A DNA stretch of 64,000 bases from the human T2T-CHM13v2.0 reference genome, Homo sapiens. Within the stretch, counting starts at the first letter, position 1. Each line of letters opens with the position of its first letter. The translations under genes and the position numbers were made by a program. Positions 1 through 12,500 of the stretch are shown piece after piece. The DNA is taken from NCBI GenBank assembly GCA_009914755.4, contig CP068257.2:14112001-14176000 (forward strand), written 5' to 3'. Under the pieces are notes generated by a model. It was not told the DNA's origin, did no database searches, and saw nothing but the letters and a program-made list of their open reading frames with translations.

Positions 1-1650
1 AGGGAAAGAATTTCTATGAAACTCTCAGGTTTTTAATTTATATTGAAATTACCAATATTTCCTTATATCTGAAGTGCATAGTACTGTATTTTGCACATAG
101 TAGACACTTAAGGATGTTATTGTGCAGTAAAAATAACAGGAAGGAATCTGAAGACTTGTAGGTAATCTTGACTTCTTTGCTTATTAATTTTTGTGGTGTT
201 TGCAAGTAACTGAATCTCTTTGGACGTTGCATCTTGCCCCTTTGGTTTAGCAGTGGGAAGAGGTTGAACCCACCTCCCTGTACTTAACTAGAGAAAAAAA
301 ATCCATACAAGGAGCATCTCAGAGCCCAGAAGAGGAGCTCTAGATATGGAAGTGGATTGGATGGGAACCACCTTGGATTTGGAATTGCTGGTCAGGGAGA
401 GGACCATATTTAGGACATTTCCAGTTGAGGATCAGGGCGTATCACAGGTCAGAAGTTTCATAAATGGGAAGGTACAAACCTTGAAAAACAGACTAGGGTC
501 TTAATCACAACAGAAATGGCAACAAAACCCCCACATAATTGCAGGAAATGAAGGTTCAGGGTTTCAAATACAGGAAAAACACAACTGGAAGATGCCAGTA
601 ACAAAGGGAAAAAAACTTTGCAAATGAGGTGGCTTCTCTAACTTAAACTTAGGATTTTTCTCATTGCTCACCTCTTCCCATTTCTCTCTACCTAGGTTTA
701 GCTAAGAAAATTCTTTCACTTTTTTTGTTTTCTTTTCCACCTGGCCTTCTCCCCGATCACCAGTTCTTTTCATTGTTTCATTTTCAGTCAAGATTTATGA
801 AAACATGAACCATACTAGAGATACACCTGATTTTTTTCTAGGATATTTGTCTGAATTTATAGTAAAAGATAAAACAGCAAAATAACAGTTTCAAAGACCT
901 TGCTCTTCTCCATAATATACTCAGTATTCTTATTGCACTTTATCAAACCACCATAACAAACCACCTCAAAACCCAGTGGCATACCAAAATATTGTCACTC
1001 ACACTCACAGATTTGCTGGTTGGCTGGGTTGACTTTTTTCACATGTGCCTCATTCTTCTTAGGCAAGTGGGCTACCAAGTCATGTTCTTCTTAAGCAGGT
1101 TGCAGAAGTTCAACTGGGCTAGCCCAGCGATGCAGGTAGTTTCATGTCTGCTTGCATGCTGGCTGCTAACATGCCATTGGTCAAATCCCATCATCCATGA
1201 CAAAAGGAAATACATCATGTGTGAGGAAGTAAAAGTGGCAAAGAGTATGAATACAGGGATGGGAGAATTGGGAGGCTAGCATAGGCAGTGTAATCTTTTC
1301 TGGGATTTATATTCGTGTTTGTATTTTACTTTGTGGTTATTAATTTGTGTATATACTATTTTGTATTCTGCTTTAGCGTAATGTGATTTTGTAAGGAAAA
1401 CTTCTGTATAGATTATATATTTTTCACTTAAATAGTTGTATGTGTAACTGAGACTCTGCTTCTAAGTTGATCTGCATCAAAATCATTTGAAGTGCTTATT
1501 AAAATGCCGATCCCTAGACCTTAACCCAGACCCTCTGGAATCAATCTCTGGGGATGAGGCCTGGACATCTTCATTATTAGCAAACTCATGGAGTCATCCT
1601 TCTGTACATTAAAGTTTGAGAACTACTTTCTTAATGGAAGGACATGCATT

Positions 1651-1696
1651 TGTATTAGTCTGTTCTCACGCTGCTATAAGGACATACCTGAGACTG
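1651..1696 (-). mobile_element. 46 bp MaLR (THE1/MST-class) LTR 3'-end fragment, inverted, abutting the forward LTR
   Basis: tgtattagtctgttctcacgctgctataaggacatacctgagactg is the reverse complement of the 3' terminus of a THE1-type LTR. It is exactly the part missing from the adjacent forward copy. Confidence 0.6.
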
Positions 1697-1698
1697 AG

Positions 1699-2021
1699 TG
1701 ATATGGTTAGCCTTTGTGTCCCCAACCAAATCTCATCTTGAATTGTAGTTCCCATAATCCCCATGTGTCATGGGAGGGACCAGGTGGAAATAATTGAATC
1801 ATGGGGGCAGTTTCCCCCATCCTGTTCTCATGATAGTGAATAAGTGTCACAAGATCTGATGATTTTATAAAGAGCAGTTCCCCTGAAGATGCTCTCTTGC
1901 CTGCCACCATGTAAGATGTGCCTTTGCCCCTCCTTCACCTTCAGCCGTGATTGTGAGGCCTTCCCAGCCATGTGGAACCATGATTCTGTTAAATCTCTTT
2001 CCTTTATAAATTACCCAGTGT
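1699..2021 (+). mobile_element. MaLR THE1/MST-class LTR, forward, 3'-truncated by about 45 bp
   Basis: Starts tgatatggttagcctttgtgtccccaaccaaatctcatcttgaattgtag...ccatgtgtcatgggagggacc...ccatgtaagatgtgcctttgc...ccagccatgtggaac...ctttataaattacccagtg. These are canonical THE1 LTR blocks. Confidence 0.8.
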
Positions 2022-2375
2022 ATTAGTCTGTTCTCATGCTGCTAATAAAGACATACCTGGGACTGGGTAATTTATAAAGAAAAAGATATTTAATAGACTC
2101 ACAGTTCCACATTGTCAGAGGCCTGACAATCATGGCAGAAGGGAAAGGAGAAGCAACGGTGCATCTTACATGGTGGCAGGCAAGAGAGCATGTGCAGGGG
2201 AACTTTCCTTCACAAAACCATCAGATCTCATAACCCTTAACTCACTATCACAAGAACAGCATGGGAAAAACCCGCCCCCATGATTCAATTACCTTCTACC
2301 AGGTCCCTCCCATGACACATGAGGATTATGGGAGCTACAACTCAATGTGAAATTTGGGTGGGGACACAGCCATTT
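2022..2375 (-). mobile_element. MaLR THE1/MST-class LTR, reverse orientation, head-to-head with the previous copy
   Basis: tattagtctgttctcatgctgctaataaagacatacctgggactgggtaatttataaag ... gggtggggacacagcc is the reverse complement of the THE1 LTR consensus. It shares the unusual catgtgtcatgggagggacc variant with the forward copy. Confidence 0.8.
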
Positions 2376-4559
2376 TTAAATTTTTATAATTAATGGCCAT
2401 CAACATTTGTACAAATGACTGATTTCCTTGGGTACTAAGTAATTTTTCTCTGAGCCATGATTGAATAATTTTCAGTTGAGGAAAATAATACTTTATATAT
2501 GAAATCAGATTTGGAGTGCTGGTAGCAGTGACATTACAGACTTATAAAAATTATAAAGGATTTTATATTAACTAAATGAAGACATTGAATTGAATAAAGA
2601 TAATTTCTGTAAAACTTTTATGCCTTTAATTCGTAATGTTGGGTATTGCATGGCTTATTCATGATTCCATTGCTATTTATTAGTAATTTTCTAAATGAAA
2701 GTAGTATAAACCAAAAAGTATCTTAAGACAAGTCTCAATCAATTTAGAAAGTTTATTTTGCCAGGGTTAAGTACGTGCCTGTGACACAGCCTCAGGATGT
2801 CCTGACAACATGTGTCTAAGGTGGTTGGGGTACAGCTTGCTTTTATACATTTTAAGGATACATAATATATCAGTCAATTCATGTAAGATTCACATTGGTT
2901 CAATCTGGAAGGGAGGGACAACTCAAGGTCTGGTCACAGGGTGGCTTCCAGGTCATCGGTAGATTTGAATATATTCTGATTGGCAATTGGTTGAGTTATT
3001 ATCAATAGAAAGGAATGTCTGGGTTAAGATAAGGAGTTGTGGAGACCTAGGTTTTATCATGCAAATGAAGCCTCCAAGTTGCAGGCTTTAGAGAGAGTAG
3101 ACTGATAATGTTTCTTACCAGACTTAAGGTCTGTGTTTATGTTAATGCTGGAGAGGTATACTGAGGCATGTCTACCCCCCACTTCCAGTCATGGCCTGAA
3201 CCAGTCTTTCAGGTTAAATTTTAGAGTGCCTTGAAGCTTCAGATTTTGTTTTTGGTTTACGGTATAAAAACTGATAGGTTTAAAGATAATTTTATTTTTC
3301 TCAATTCGGCTCTGTAAATTTGGCAGTTTATTCATCCATTTTGATACTTCCTGGCATTTTATATGACTTTGTTTGTGTACTTTATTATGTATTTTATTTT
3401 TAGGTAGCTTGGTTATCTCAGCTCTGTAAAACCATTTTTATGGAAGTGAAATTCTTTGGTGGCATGGCAGACACTGCCAATGCCTATCCAATGAACATTC
3501 TTTTCTTTTTGATAGCAGAACCCTGATTTCATTTTCACAGCAGCCTTTGCCCACCCAAAAAATTCATTTCCCAATCTCCTTTGCAGCTATGAGTGGCCAT
3601 GCAACTGTGTTGTGCTTTGTGAGGCTTTTGTAAGTGGAAGTTTGTAGGTGGGGCTTGTTAAAGAAGTCTCATTCATTTGGGAGACACCTTTTGTCCTTTG
3701 CCCTTCTCTTTATCCTACCTAGAACTTGGACAGGATGATGGAGGAGGAGACCATGCAGTGACAAACATTCTGATGCATGTTCCACTTTAAAGACTTGATG
3801 TTGGGTGTCCCTACTAGGTCTGGACTGCCCATTGTGTCTTCTAAGTTAGAAAAGAAAGACACTCCAGAGTATTGAAGCTGCTGTTTAGTTGGGAATCTGT
3901 TACATGTAGCTGAATATAGTTTCTATCTAATACATATGATTTCTGTAAAAGATACTTGGGCTGCAATATCTCTTAAACCTTTCATGTAATTTGTTTAGGA
4001 CTTTTTAGACTTCTGAAAATACATATTTTATACATAAATTGTCAAGCATGTTTTGAAATGCACATTTTACAATTTGATGTCAACAAAGCTGAATGCAGAA
4101 CATTTTAAAACTTTTTATTTTGAAATTTCAAATTTAAAGTTGCAAGACTTAGTACACAGAACTTCCATAACTTTTTTTCTCCCCAAACCATTTGATAGTA
4201 AGTTGCAGGCATCATGCCCCTTTAGCACTTAAATTCTTCAGGATATATTTCCTAATAAAAAAGATACTCTCTTACTATACTGGAGTTATCAAATTCAAGA
4301 ATTTAATATTAATGAAATGTCATTACTAAGCTGTGCATATTTATATTTCTCCGGTTGTCTCAATATCCTGCATAACATTTGGTATGGGATGCAGTCAGTT
4401 CCCCCTTTGGCTCACATGCTTCTTTAGTCTCCTTTAGGGTGGAGACTTCACCTGCTTTTCATGGCATAGACATTTTTGAAGATGATAGAATAATTATTTT
4501 TCACAGTGTCCTTCAGTTTGGGTTTGTGTGATGCTTCCTCAAGATTAGATTTCGGTTGT

Positions 4560-5395
4560 GCATTTTCGGCAGGGCTATCTCACAGATTATAGAGTGTCAG
4601 GAGGCACGCACTGCCATTTTATCCTATTATTGGTAATACTAACTTTGATCTCTTGGTTAAGGCAGTGACTGTCAGGGTTTACACTGTTGTTACAGTAGGT
4701 AGCTAGTCAGACATGAGCAGGGCAGAAGGGGGCCTCCCCCCCAGGAATGTCAGGCAACCATTAGGCGGTGGTCAGGCTGTTATTAACCATCTCTCTGAAA
4801 TAATAATTGGTCGCAGCCGGTGCCAGGGAAAGGCAGTCTCCCAATAGATAGAAACACCTGAAACTGGTGATTAGCAACTTCCTGATAAGATTCCAGGATT
4901 TGAGTGAATGGGCTCAAGCATATATGCACTAAGAGGCAAAACGGTGGAGTTTAACTGACATATGACCTTTGTTTAGGAACACCCAACTGGTAAGGGAAAA
5001 ACGCCTTAAGTGAGCACATGCACAATTTCAGTAAACACACTGTGCGTGCAGCCCCTCCCCAGTGCTGGCAGGCCACTGCACCTGTGGACAGCCATCCTGT
5101 AGGAAGAATCAGGGGAGAAGAAATGCAAACCCTGGAAGCATGCCAGTGTATAAAACCCCAAGTCAAAGGTCAGCTGTTCACTTGATCTTTCAAGTTGCCC
5201 GCTTGGCCCCCTTCCAAGTGTACTTTACTTCCTTTCATTCCTGCTCTAAAGCTTTTTAATAAACTTTCACTCCTGCTCTAAAAACTTGCCTTGATGTCTC
5301 TCTCTGCCCTATGCGCCTTGGTCAAATTCCTTCTGAGGAAGCAGGAAGTGAGCTTGCTGTAGACCTGTACGGGTTCGCCACTGTTAACACAATAA
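4560..5395 (+). mobile_element. ERV-type LTR-like element (subfamily not determinable by eye)
   Basis: A U3-R-U5-like layout with a TATA-like gtgtataaaacccc (about 5148-5157) and AATAAA signals (ttaataaactttc near 5258, cacaataaagtt near 5388). Several retained CpGs (cgggttcgcc). Tail ccactgttaacaca. Confidence 0.3.
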
Positions 5396-6305
5396 AGTTA
5401 TTCTTTCTCCCTTTATAATTTGTGGAAGAGAATTTAAAATGATGTAAATATTCTGTTCCTGATCAAACTTTCATTCAGTAGTTTTATCATCCATTGAAGA
5501 TTCCTGACTGAATTATTGCTGAGATAAATGTGAAACATCTTTTTAAAAAAGATTTCAATAGATCCTATTCTATTGACTAGGTTTGCTTTTCCTATCATAT
5601 CCATTGTGATTTTTTATTTCATGGTACTGTTCTATAGTGTTGGGAACTTCAAGAAATACAGAGATGTAAGGAGGAAGTTGGTTTTTATTTAAGGGCCATC
5701 AGGGGAGAGTTTGATAGTGAAATCCTATCTCTCTACCTCTTTTCCCTTCCAGTACAATGCAGTCAATTTTATAGGCCAATAGCATATAAAGAACTGAAGC
5801 AAATGGGGGCAAATGATCTATTCAATTTAGAATCTTTTATGACAGATTGGACAGTGAAATGATCTTCTTTTTAAAGTAGATCTGAAGATCTCCGTGGTAT
5901 AATTACCCACCGAGTTATGTCTTGCCGAAAGCATGTCTTTTCCAAAGGTGTTTCTCTCCTTGTGCTTACCATCATGGATAAGGCCCCTTTTCTTGTTAGG
6001 TGGCATAAATGAGGGGATGAAGAAAAGGACAGAAACTGCTAATTCAGTAAGACTTATTGGGGAGTAATGTAGAGAAGTTACCTTTTCGAAACGTGAGAAT
6101 GAAATAAGGGTTCTCCACAGCATGATTCATTCTTTCTAAAAGAATGAAGTTGTTTGGCCTTTCTCAAGTTCTTTTTCCTTTTTTACTCTAGTTTACTTTA
6201 TTCTGTTTTTTGTTTGTTTTGGAAAACCAAAGGTGATTTGTTTTCTTTTCCTAGTATATTTTCAGAGTTGAGAATATAATGATTTTGGGTTTTTCCTCCC
6301 TCTAG

Positions 6306-6383
6306 CACCAGCAGACGTTTTTGAATCAACTGAGAGAAATTACGGGGATTAATGACACCCAGATACTACAGCAAGCCTTGAAG
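6306..6383 (+). CDS. USP25: USP25 coding exon 2 (aa 16-41, [27 protein letters not shown]-terminal UBA-like region), phase 0 to 0, 78 nt
   Basis: Acceptor ...ttcctccctctAG|CAC at 6304-6305. Donor AAG|GTatgg at 6384-6385. The translation matches the USP25 N-terminus exactly, and a polypyrimidine tract sits upstream. Confidence 0.92.
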
Positions 6384-7239
6384 GTATGGCCTCTGTTTTA
6401 TGATATACAGTTTGTGGTATATGCTCATCTCTAGTGCGTATTATATTTGATAGTTGATTTTTTTTTTGGGGTATACCATGTGGTAGTTTTAGAGATACAG
6501 GAATGGACTTTGTAAAGTAAAATCCTCAGTTAACACACTGCGGTTTTGAGGATGTTAGCTTTCAGCAGTCTGATGTCCATGATACCTTAGAGTGACAGAT
6601 AACCTCTTTCTATATATGAAATGCTTTTTGTGCAAGATAGTGGGATGTGAATCCTAATTCTAATGGATGGTTTTACTTACGAGCTGTGATTTTAGAGTTT
6701 AAATGAGGGTTCAAGGTGGGGTGTATTAGAGGATGAGGTGTAAGAGAAGGGAAAAGTAGAAAATTAATAGAAGTCTGAAAACTTACATTTTTCTTCTCCT
6801 GAGAAGCAGAGATATAAATTTGCACCCATTCAGCTAATTACACCCTAAGTTAAACATTCGATTTCAAACTCTTCAGTATAGGCAACAACTAAAATGTATC
6901 ATTTTGGTCATATCTTAGTTGGACCTTCAGTTTCACATCGACATCCAAATGAGTCATATCATATGGATACTCACATTGAAAAAGAGTGAATGAAAGCTAT
7001 TTAAGAACCAGAACTGTACAGTATTTTAAGCTTATTTGCATATTACTACTATAGGCTAAAAACAATATAGCATTTTTGCCACTGCAGTCATATACACAGC
7101 TCCAATCCTTTGGAACTTGATTTCAAGCCTAGAGTTCTTTATTTGTTTTTAGAAATAATCTATTAGATGATTATAATAAAAGTCATTATAACAATAAGTA
7201 GTACCGATTAAACATTTAGTACTACCAGGCAGTATTTTA

Positions 7240-7420
7240 AGTACTGTATGTGGGCTAGCTCATCCTAATAATAAATAACTCTATGAGATAAGTATTAGTT
7301 TCATCCCCTTTATGAAAAGATGAGCAACAGAGAGGTTAAAGTAACTTGCCCAGGATCACACAGCCTGTATGTGGAGAAGCTTGGAATAGAAACCAAGGCA
7401 GCCTGATCCCAGGTGCCACA
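7240..7420 (-). mobile_element. MIR SINE, reverse orientation
   Basis: cagagaggttaaagtaacttgcccaggatcacacagc is the reverse complement of the MIR core ctgtgtgaccttgggcaagttacttaacctctctg. It is preceded by the reverse complement of the MIR tail (tttcatcccctttatgaaaagatgag). Confidence 0.6.
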
Positions 7421-8061
7421 CTTAATTTATGCTTCTTTTACTAGAAGCTTTGCTTCACCTTATTCCCCCATCAGGAAAATCATGAAATAGTAGTGTTTAG
7501 AGCATTAATGCGGGGTGTATGAAGCCACTGTAAGTATTTGGAGAGGAAGCAGAAGTGCTATACCTCAATTTTTATGATTATGACGTTTAGATAATTGCTA
7601 GTCCCTTTTTATTCTGATAAATATCATTACTAAATTCCATGTTTGTTTTCAGAAACTGCCTTTTTCATTATGTATTACTGAGTGTGAGACCATAGCCTAT
7701 CACCTTGCCAGGGTAAATTTGGGGAATTTGCTTTTTTTTTTTTTTTTAAACTTAGAAAATATGTAGCTCGAATGAAGTCTTATCCACATTTCCTTTGATA
7801 GAGGTTGTGTGAGCATAGGTATTTTTAATTTTCCAAAATTTTTGTTTCAGTTACCAGTAGCTAGGGGAAAAGAGTGTATTTAAACCTTAATTGTTGCCCA
7901 TTATAAATACTGACGAGAAGTCTACTTTTGAGCACTGTAATGTCATTGATTAATTTCAGTACTTTTAATTTGAGAACATATTTTTAGCTCTAAAAAGTAA
8001 ATGAACTTCAATTTGTGTAAATTCCTGCTGTGTTGTTTTAAATTATTATATGAGGTAATAT

Positions 8062-8125
8062 ATGAAAAACACTTAGCACATTTCTTGGCATATAGTAAGT
8101 GCTCAATAAATGTTAGCCATCATTA
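8062..8125 (+). mobile_element. MIR 3'-end fragment
   Basis: acttagcacatttcttggcatatagtaagtgctcaataaatgttagccatcattattg matches the MIR 3' consensus (gcacatagtaagcgctcaataaatgttagctattatt). Confidence 0.6.
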
Positions 8126-9411
8126 TTGCGCTTTATTTTATTGTTAGATTACTTATTTAACAATAGTGTATCTTACATTTTGGATGAGTCACTTAGGAAT
8201 CGTCTAATGATCATGACAGATAGCATTTTTGAAAGTGGTGGTGCCTTTGAAACTGCATCCTTACTCCTTTTGTCACTGACTGCTACAACTGGAATTGGGG
8301 TAGGTCTTGGGGACTTTATTCTGCCAGCTGCTCAGTCCTTAAATTTTGGAATCATCCTGATCCTACTTCTGTCATGTCCCACATTTAATAAGATAGCAAT
8401 AATATTGGATGCTGTCTTCTGCCCTTTCTCTCCTCTAGTCTATTCTTAATACATGGAGTAAACTTTTTAAAATGTAAGTCATACTATGTCATTCCTTTCC
8501 AAAACACTCCACTGGCTTCTTATTACACCCGTGTGCATGTCTAAGTTCTTAGGGAACCTACAGAGCCTTCCATGTTTTGGTTTTCTGTTACAAAGATAGC
8601 TTCGTTGTGAATATCTGGGTTTCCTATGTTGTTTTGGTTAACTGTTTTAGAGCTAACGTTTTACTTGCTGTCAGTTGTGCAGAGAATATAAAGATGTAAC
8701 TGGGCAAGTCTCTTCTCATTTTGCTGTTTTAAATTAAAATTCTTATTCTGGCATCTGCTTTCTTCTAAATAAACTTTAGAATAATTTTATTCAGCTATAC
8801 TTTTGATGAGAACTATGCAAAATGTATCTATTTAATTTGAGCAGGATTGTCATCTTGACAGTATTGAGTATTTCTGTCTAGAGTTCTATGTGTCTTTCCA
8901 TAATTCCATATTATCAAGCCCTTCAGTACATTTTGCCATTTTCTTCCCATGAGTCCTTGACATTTTGCTTAAGTTTGCCCCTAAGTATGTATCCAGCACC
9001 CAGATTAAAAGGAATATCTTTTATTGTCCTTGTTTGTAGAAGTACTAATTTTAATACCCATTTTGCACTCTTTCGTATGGCAAGTTCCAGAAGACCTTTT
9101 TTAGTTTATTTGTTCAAAAGTATAAGTTTGTGATTCACTTTTATTAAGCAGATAGGAAAGTAATGAAGACTAAGAAATTAGAGATGGATTTTTACATTGT
9201 ATCAGTAGTTTTAATTAGTAAGAAAGGTATTACTATTGATATAGTATACTTTATGTATGATGCATTTACACTATAAAATTAGAATCACATATAGATTAAT
9301 TGCAAATTTAAAGCAATTTTGTTCTAGAGAGTTATGGAGAATATTGTATAACTTTTTTTGATGGATAAAATTATTTCAAAACACTTGATACTCCTTTCTT
9401 GATATTTGAAG

Positions 9412-9556
9412 GATAGTAATGGAAACTTGGAATTAGCAGTGGCTTTCCTTACTGCGAAGAATGCTAAGACCCCTCAGCAGGAGGAGACAACTTACTACCA
9501 AACAGCACTTCCTGGCAATGATAGATACATCAGTGTGGGAAGCCAAGCAGATACAA
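9412..9556 (+). CDS. USP25: USP25 coding exon 3 (aa 42-89 plus the first nt of codon 90; [48 protein letters not shown]), 145 nt
   Basis: Acceptor tttgaAG|GAT (AG at 9410-9411). Donor ACA A|GTaagt at 9557-9558. The ORF-track entry 9406..9648 reads this exon and then runs through the donor into the intron. Joining to exon 4 keeps the frame (A + AT = Asn90). Confidence 0.93.
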
Positions 9557-12500
9557 GTAAGTTTTCTTTCTTTTCTTATTATTTTAATAGAAACATACTG
9601 AAAAACTTTTCTTGGTGTAATATATTAATGTTGCTTAAGGAGAGGTAAAGAACCAAAAAAGAACTCTATTAACCTTGGTTCTTTTTAATGTAGTTGAAAG
9701 GAACATACATTATCTTTTTCAGATTATAAGGAAAAGATTTTATGTAAGTTATATAGTTTTTCATAGAGCATTTCATATAGAATTTATTGTTTTGAAATAT
9801 GGAATAGCTGCAGATATATTCATAAAAGGAAGAACTAGAATTTTTAGTGGGCACAGTTATTTTGCAGATTTTAAGTGCTGGTAGAGGCTTTAGTATTTCT
9901 TTTGAGGTTAAAGTATTATTTCTAATTACTGATAGGTTTACCATTTAATAAAATTTCCCTTCCCTTTCCCCCTGCTTCCAAATAAAGCTTTGGCAAAGAA
10001 GTTTATTATTGTGTAATGAAATTGCCTTTCATCCAAAAGAAAAAAAGAAAAGAAAACTTGGAAAAAGTGTTTTGGAGATACAAATACGTACATGTGGAAG
10101 ATTCTATGTGGGACTTAAGTTTTTCTTCATAATATGAATACTTTATACTTATGTAGCGCACAGTTTTTCAAACTATGTTCAGTTACCTTCATATCTCATT
10201 ATAGTTTAATAATTGTACTACATAAAAATAGTTACTTTTATGCCTTATGGATTTGCAAAGTTTGATTATTAACATATATTTGGAGAGAATTTCTTATTTT
10301 GTTTATAGACATTCTCAAAGTTAGGAAGCAACCAGAAAAGAGTTCGTTTACATAGATGTTTATTAATGTTTATTGATAAAATATTTTAATTTTTAGTTTT
10401 CAGGATAATCTTAGCATTTTTGCTACATAGATGATCTTGTGTCAGAGAAAACTAGAATACTCCTGTCTCACTTAGTTAATAGGTGATGGGAGAATGTTTG
10501 TAGCATATATAAGATAGACCTGTTTACTTAACGTCTAAGTTCAAGGCAAGCTGTGACTGGGCCCCCATCCACATTTCTAGCCTCATTTTCCACTGTTTTC
10601 CTCCTGTCATTCAACACTGTGATAATACAGAATGGCTTGAAGTTCTCATGTACTCAGTGGTATTTAATTTCTCTGTCTTTACATTTGCTGTTCCTTCTGT
10701 TTGAATGCACTCTGGCCTTTTCCTCCCTAGCCTAATTTGTTCTGGTCTTGAAAGATTTAGCTAAAGAGCTGCTTGCTGGAGAATGTTTTTCCTGGCCTCT
10801 AGCTAGGACCAAGTGTTTCTCCAGCATCCAGGGCATGCTTCTGTCTTAATGAATACTCTGTTATTTTGAAATTATTTGCTTGAACATTATTGGTGCTCAA
10901 AAAATGTTCACTGAGTTATGTTTGATAATATGTGCAGTAAAGCTCTTTCAAAACCAATGAAAGGGAATGAAGTTGAGAAGCTTGTTGCAAAAAGTTGAAA
11001 GAGAAGTGGTATAAAGGTCAGAAAAATGAGTACTTAATAATATTTTGGATATTTCAAAGTTCCAAGACTCGAGGGGAAAAAGAAACTAGATGGGTGATAA
11101 AAGGGAAAAGGATAATTTTGACTAAAATGCTCCTGGTTTAAGTGAAGCAAGCAGGAAATTGACTAAACAGAGATCATTGTTGTTAGTTGTGAACTCTTAA
11201 TATAGATGGTATACTTGGTGACATGACATGGTATATTTATAGAAAAGGGGAAAATTAGGATTATGTGTGTCCTGCACAAAAGAAGATATTTGCTGTGCAA
11301 AGTGAGAAAATACTGCATAAGGCAAATGGTTACACCTGTTTACGATTTTAGATAGGGAATAGTGAAAATATTATGGAGGACAAAAAAAAATTTTGAATAG
11401 GTTCCCTTAGGGAGAAGGCAGCCTAATTTCAGGAGGCACGTGTCTCATTTGCTGATAATTAAAACTTTTTTTGTGTGTTTGTGGATCTCTTGAAAAATAT
11501 TCACGAGGTAATTTTATTTTCCACTTGAAATAATGTAGAGAAATGAAGTTTCTGATGTCATCTCAACCGATTGTCATATTGAGTAAATTGCTTGCTGTTG
11601 TGGTTTCTTTATCCATAAAACACATAATACGTAATATGTATCAAGTGCTTTCCCTCTAATCAGGGTGCCAATTGAGATAGTGTGTCCATAAAGTTGGTTA
11701 GAGGTTATTGACAGCAAACAGTTGTAGGAATTTAATGTGGCAATTGTACTATGATAGTATCAAACCAGAAAAAAATTAACTGTTGGCGTAACAGTAATAC
11801 TTTTCCATTAAACATTCCTGCCAGTAGTGTCATAATGCAGTGTTACTGGTTTAAAACTGAGAAAGTGGGGAGATGTCATGCATTTCAGCAGGTATTAAAA
11901 AAATACTCTTTAAGTGACTGTGCAGTTACTGTTGAGAAGAAATGAAGTCGTGTATTTTTAATTCTTGGAAGATGTGGTAAAACATGAGGGAAGGAAAGAC
12001 AAAATAATTACAAATGGATATACATTCAAATGCAGGCCTCTATTTAAAAAAATCTACCTAACTGCTGTAGGAATGTAGAAGAATAGATCAGAGTGTGAGT
12101 TTTCAAGGGATTGTTGTAGATATAAAAACCCTTTTTGAGCACTTTCTCCATTTTGTGTGAAATACATTGTTATTTAAAGGTTGACCACAGTTTCACTTAA
12201 TTCTTTCAAATATGGCAGGGATTTTTATTTTCAGTTTTTTTCCATTCTTCTTTTTGAGGTATAAAATCTCTTAAAACCAGGGCTAAAGCAGAAACAAAGT
12301 CATGCTAACTTTAAGTGATACACTTGGTTGCAGTGCTGACAAAACGTCTGTCTTCTGAAATCGAAATCTCTAATACCAAATACATATACCTCTTTGTTGA
12401 TATTAGCTGGAATATCACTGTTTACAATGGACTGTTTCTTTTAGAAGGAATAAATTTTTTTTTTGCTGACTAGAAAAATTTAGTTTTTAAACTAATATCA

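Noticed and set aside
1-6305. USP25 exon 1, start codon, promoter or CpG island
   Set aside because: I found no CpG-rich segment and no sequence encoding MTVEQNVLQQSAAQK in any frame upstream of exon 2. Exon 1 and the promoter must lie beyond the 5' edge of the window.
8126-8449. A 107-aa + strand ORF in intron 2
   Set aside because: It sits in AT-rich intronic sequence adjacent to a MIR fragment. It shows no USP25 continuity, no splice-site logic and no recognisable domain, and its length is within the chance expectation for 64 kb.
9406-9648. The ORF-track entry starting with a non-ATG (TTG) start, considered as a complete small gene
   Set aside because: It is USP25 exon 3 (9412-9556) read in frame from the intronic acceptor region and through the GT donor into intron 3. 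The real coding unit is the exon, which joins in frame to exons 2 and 4.
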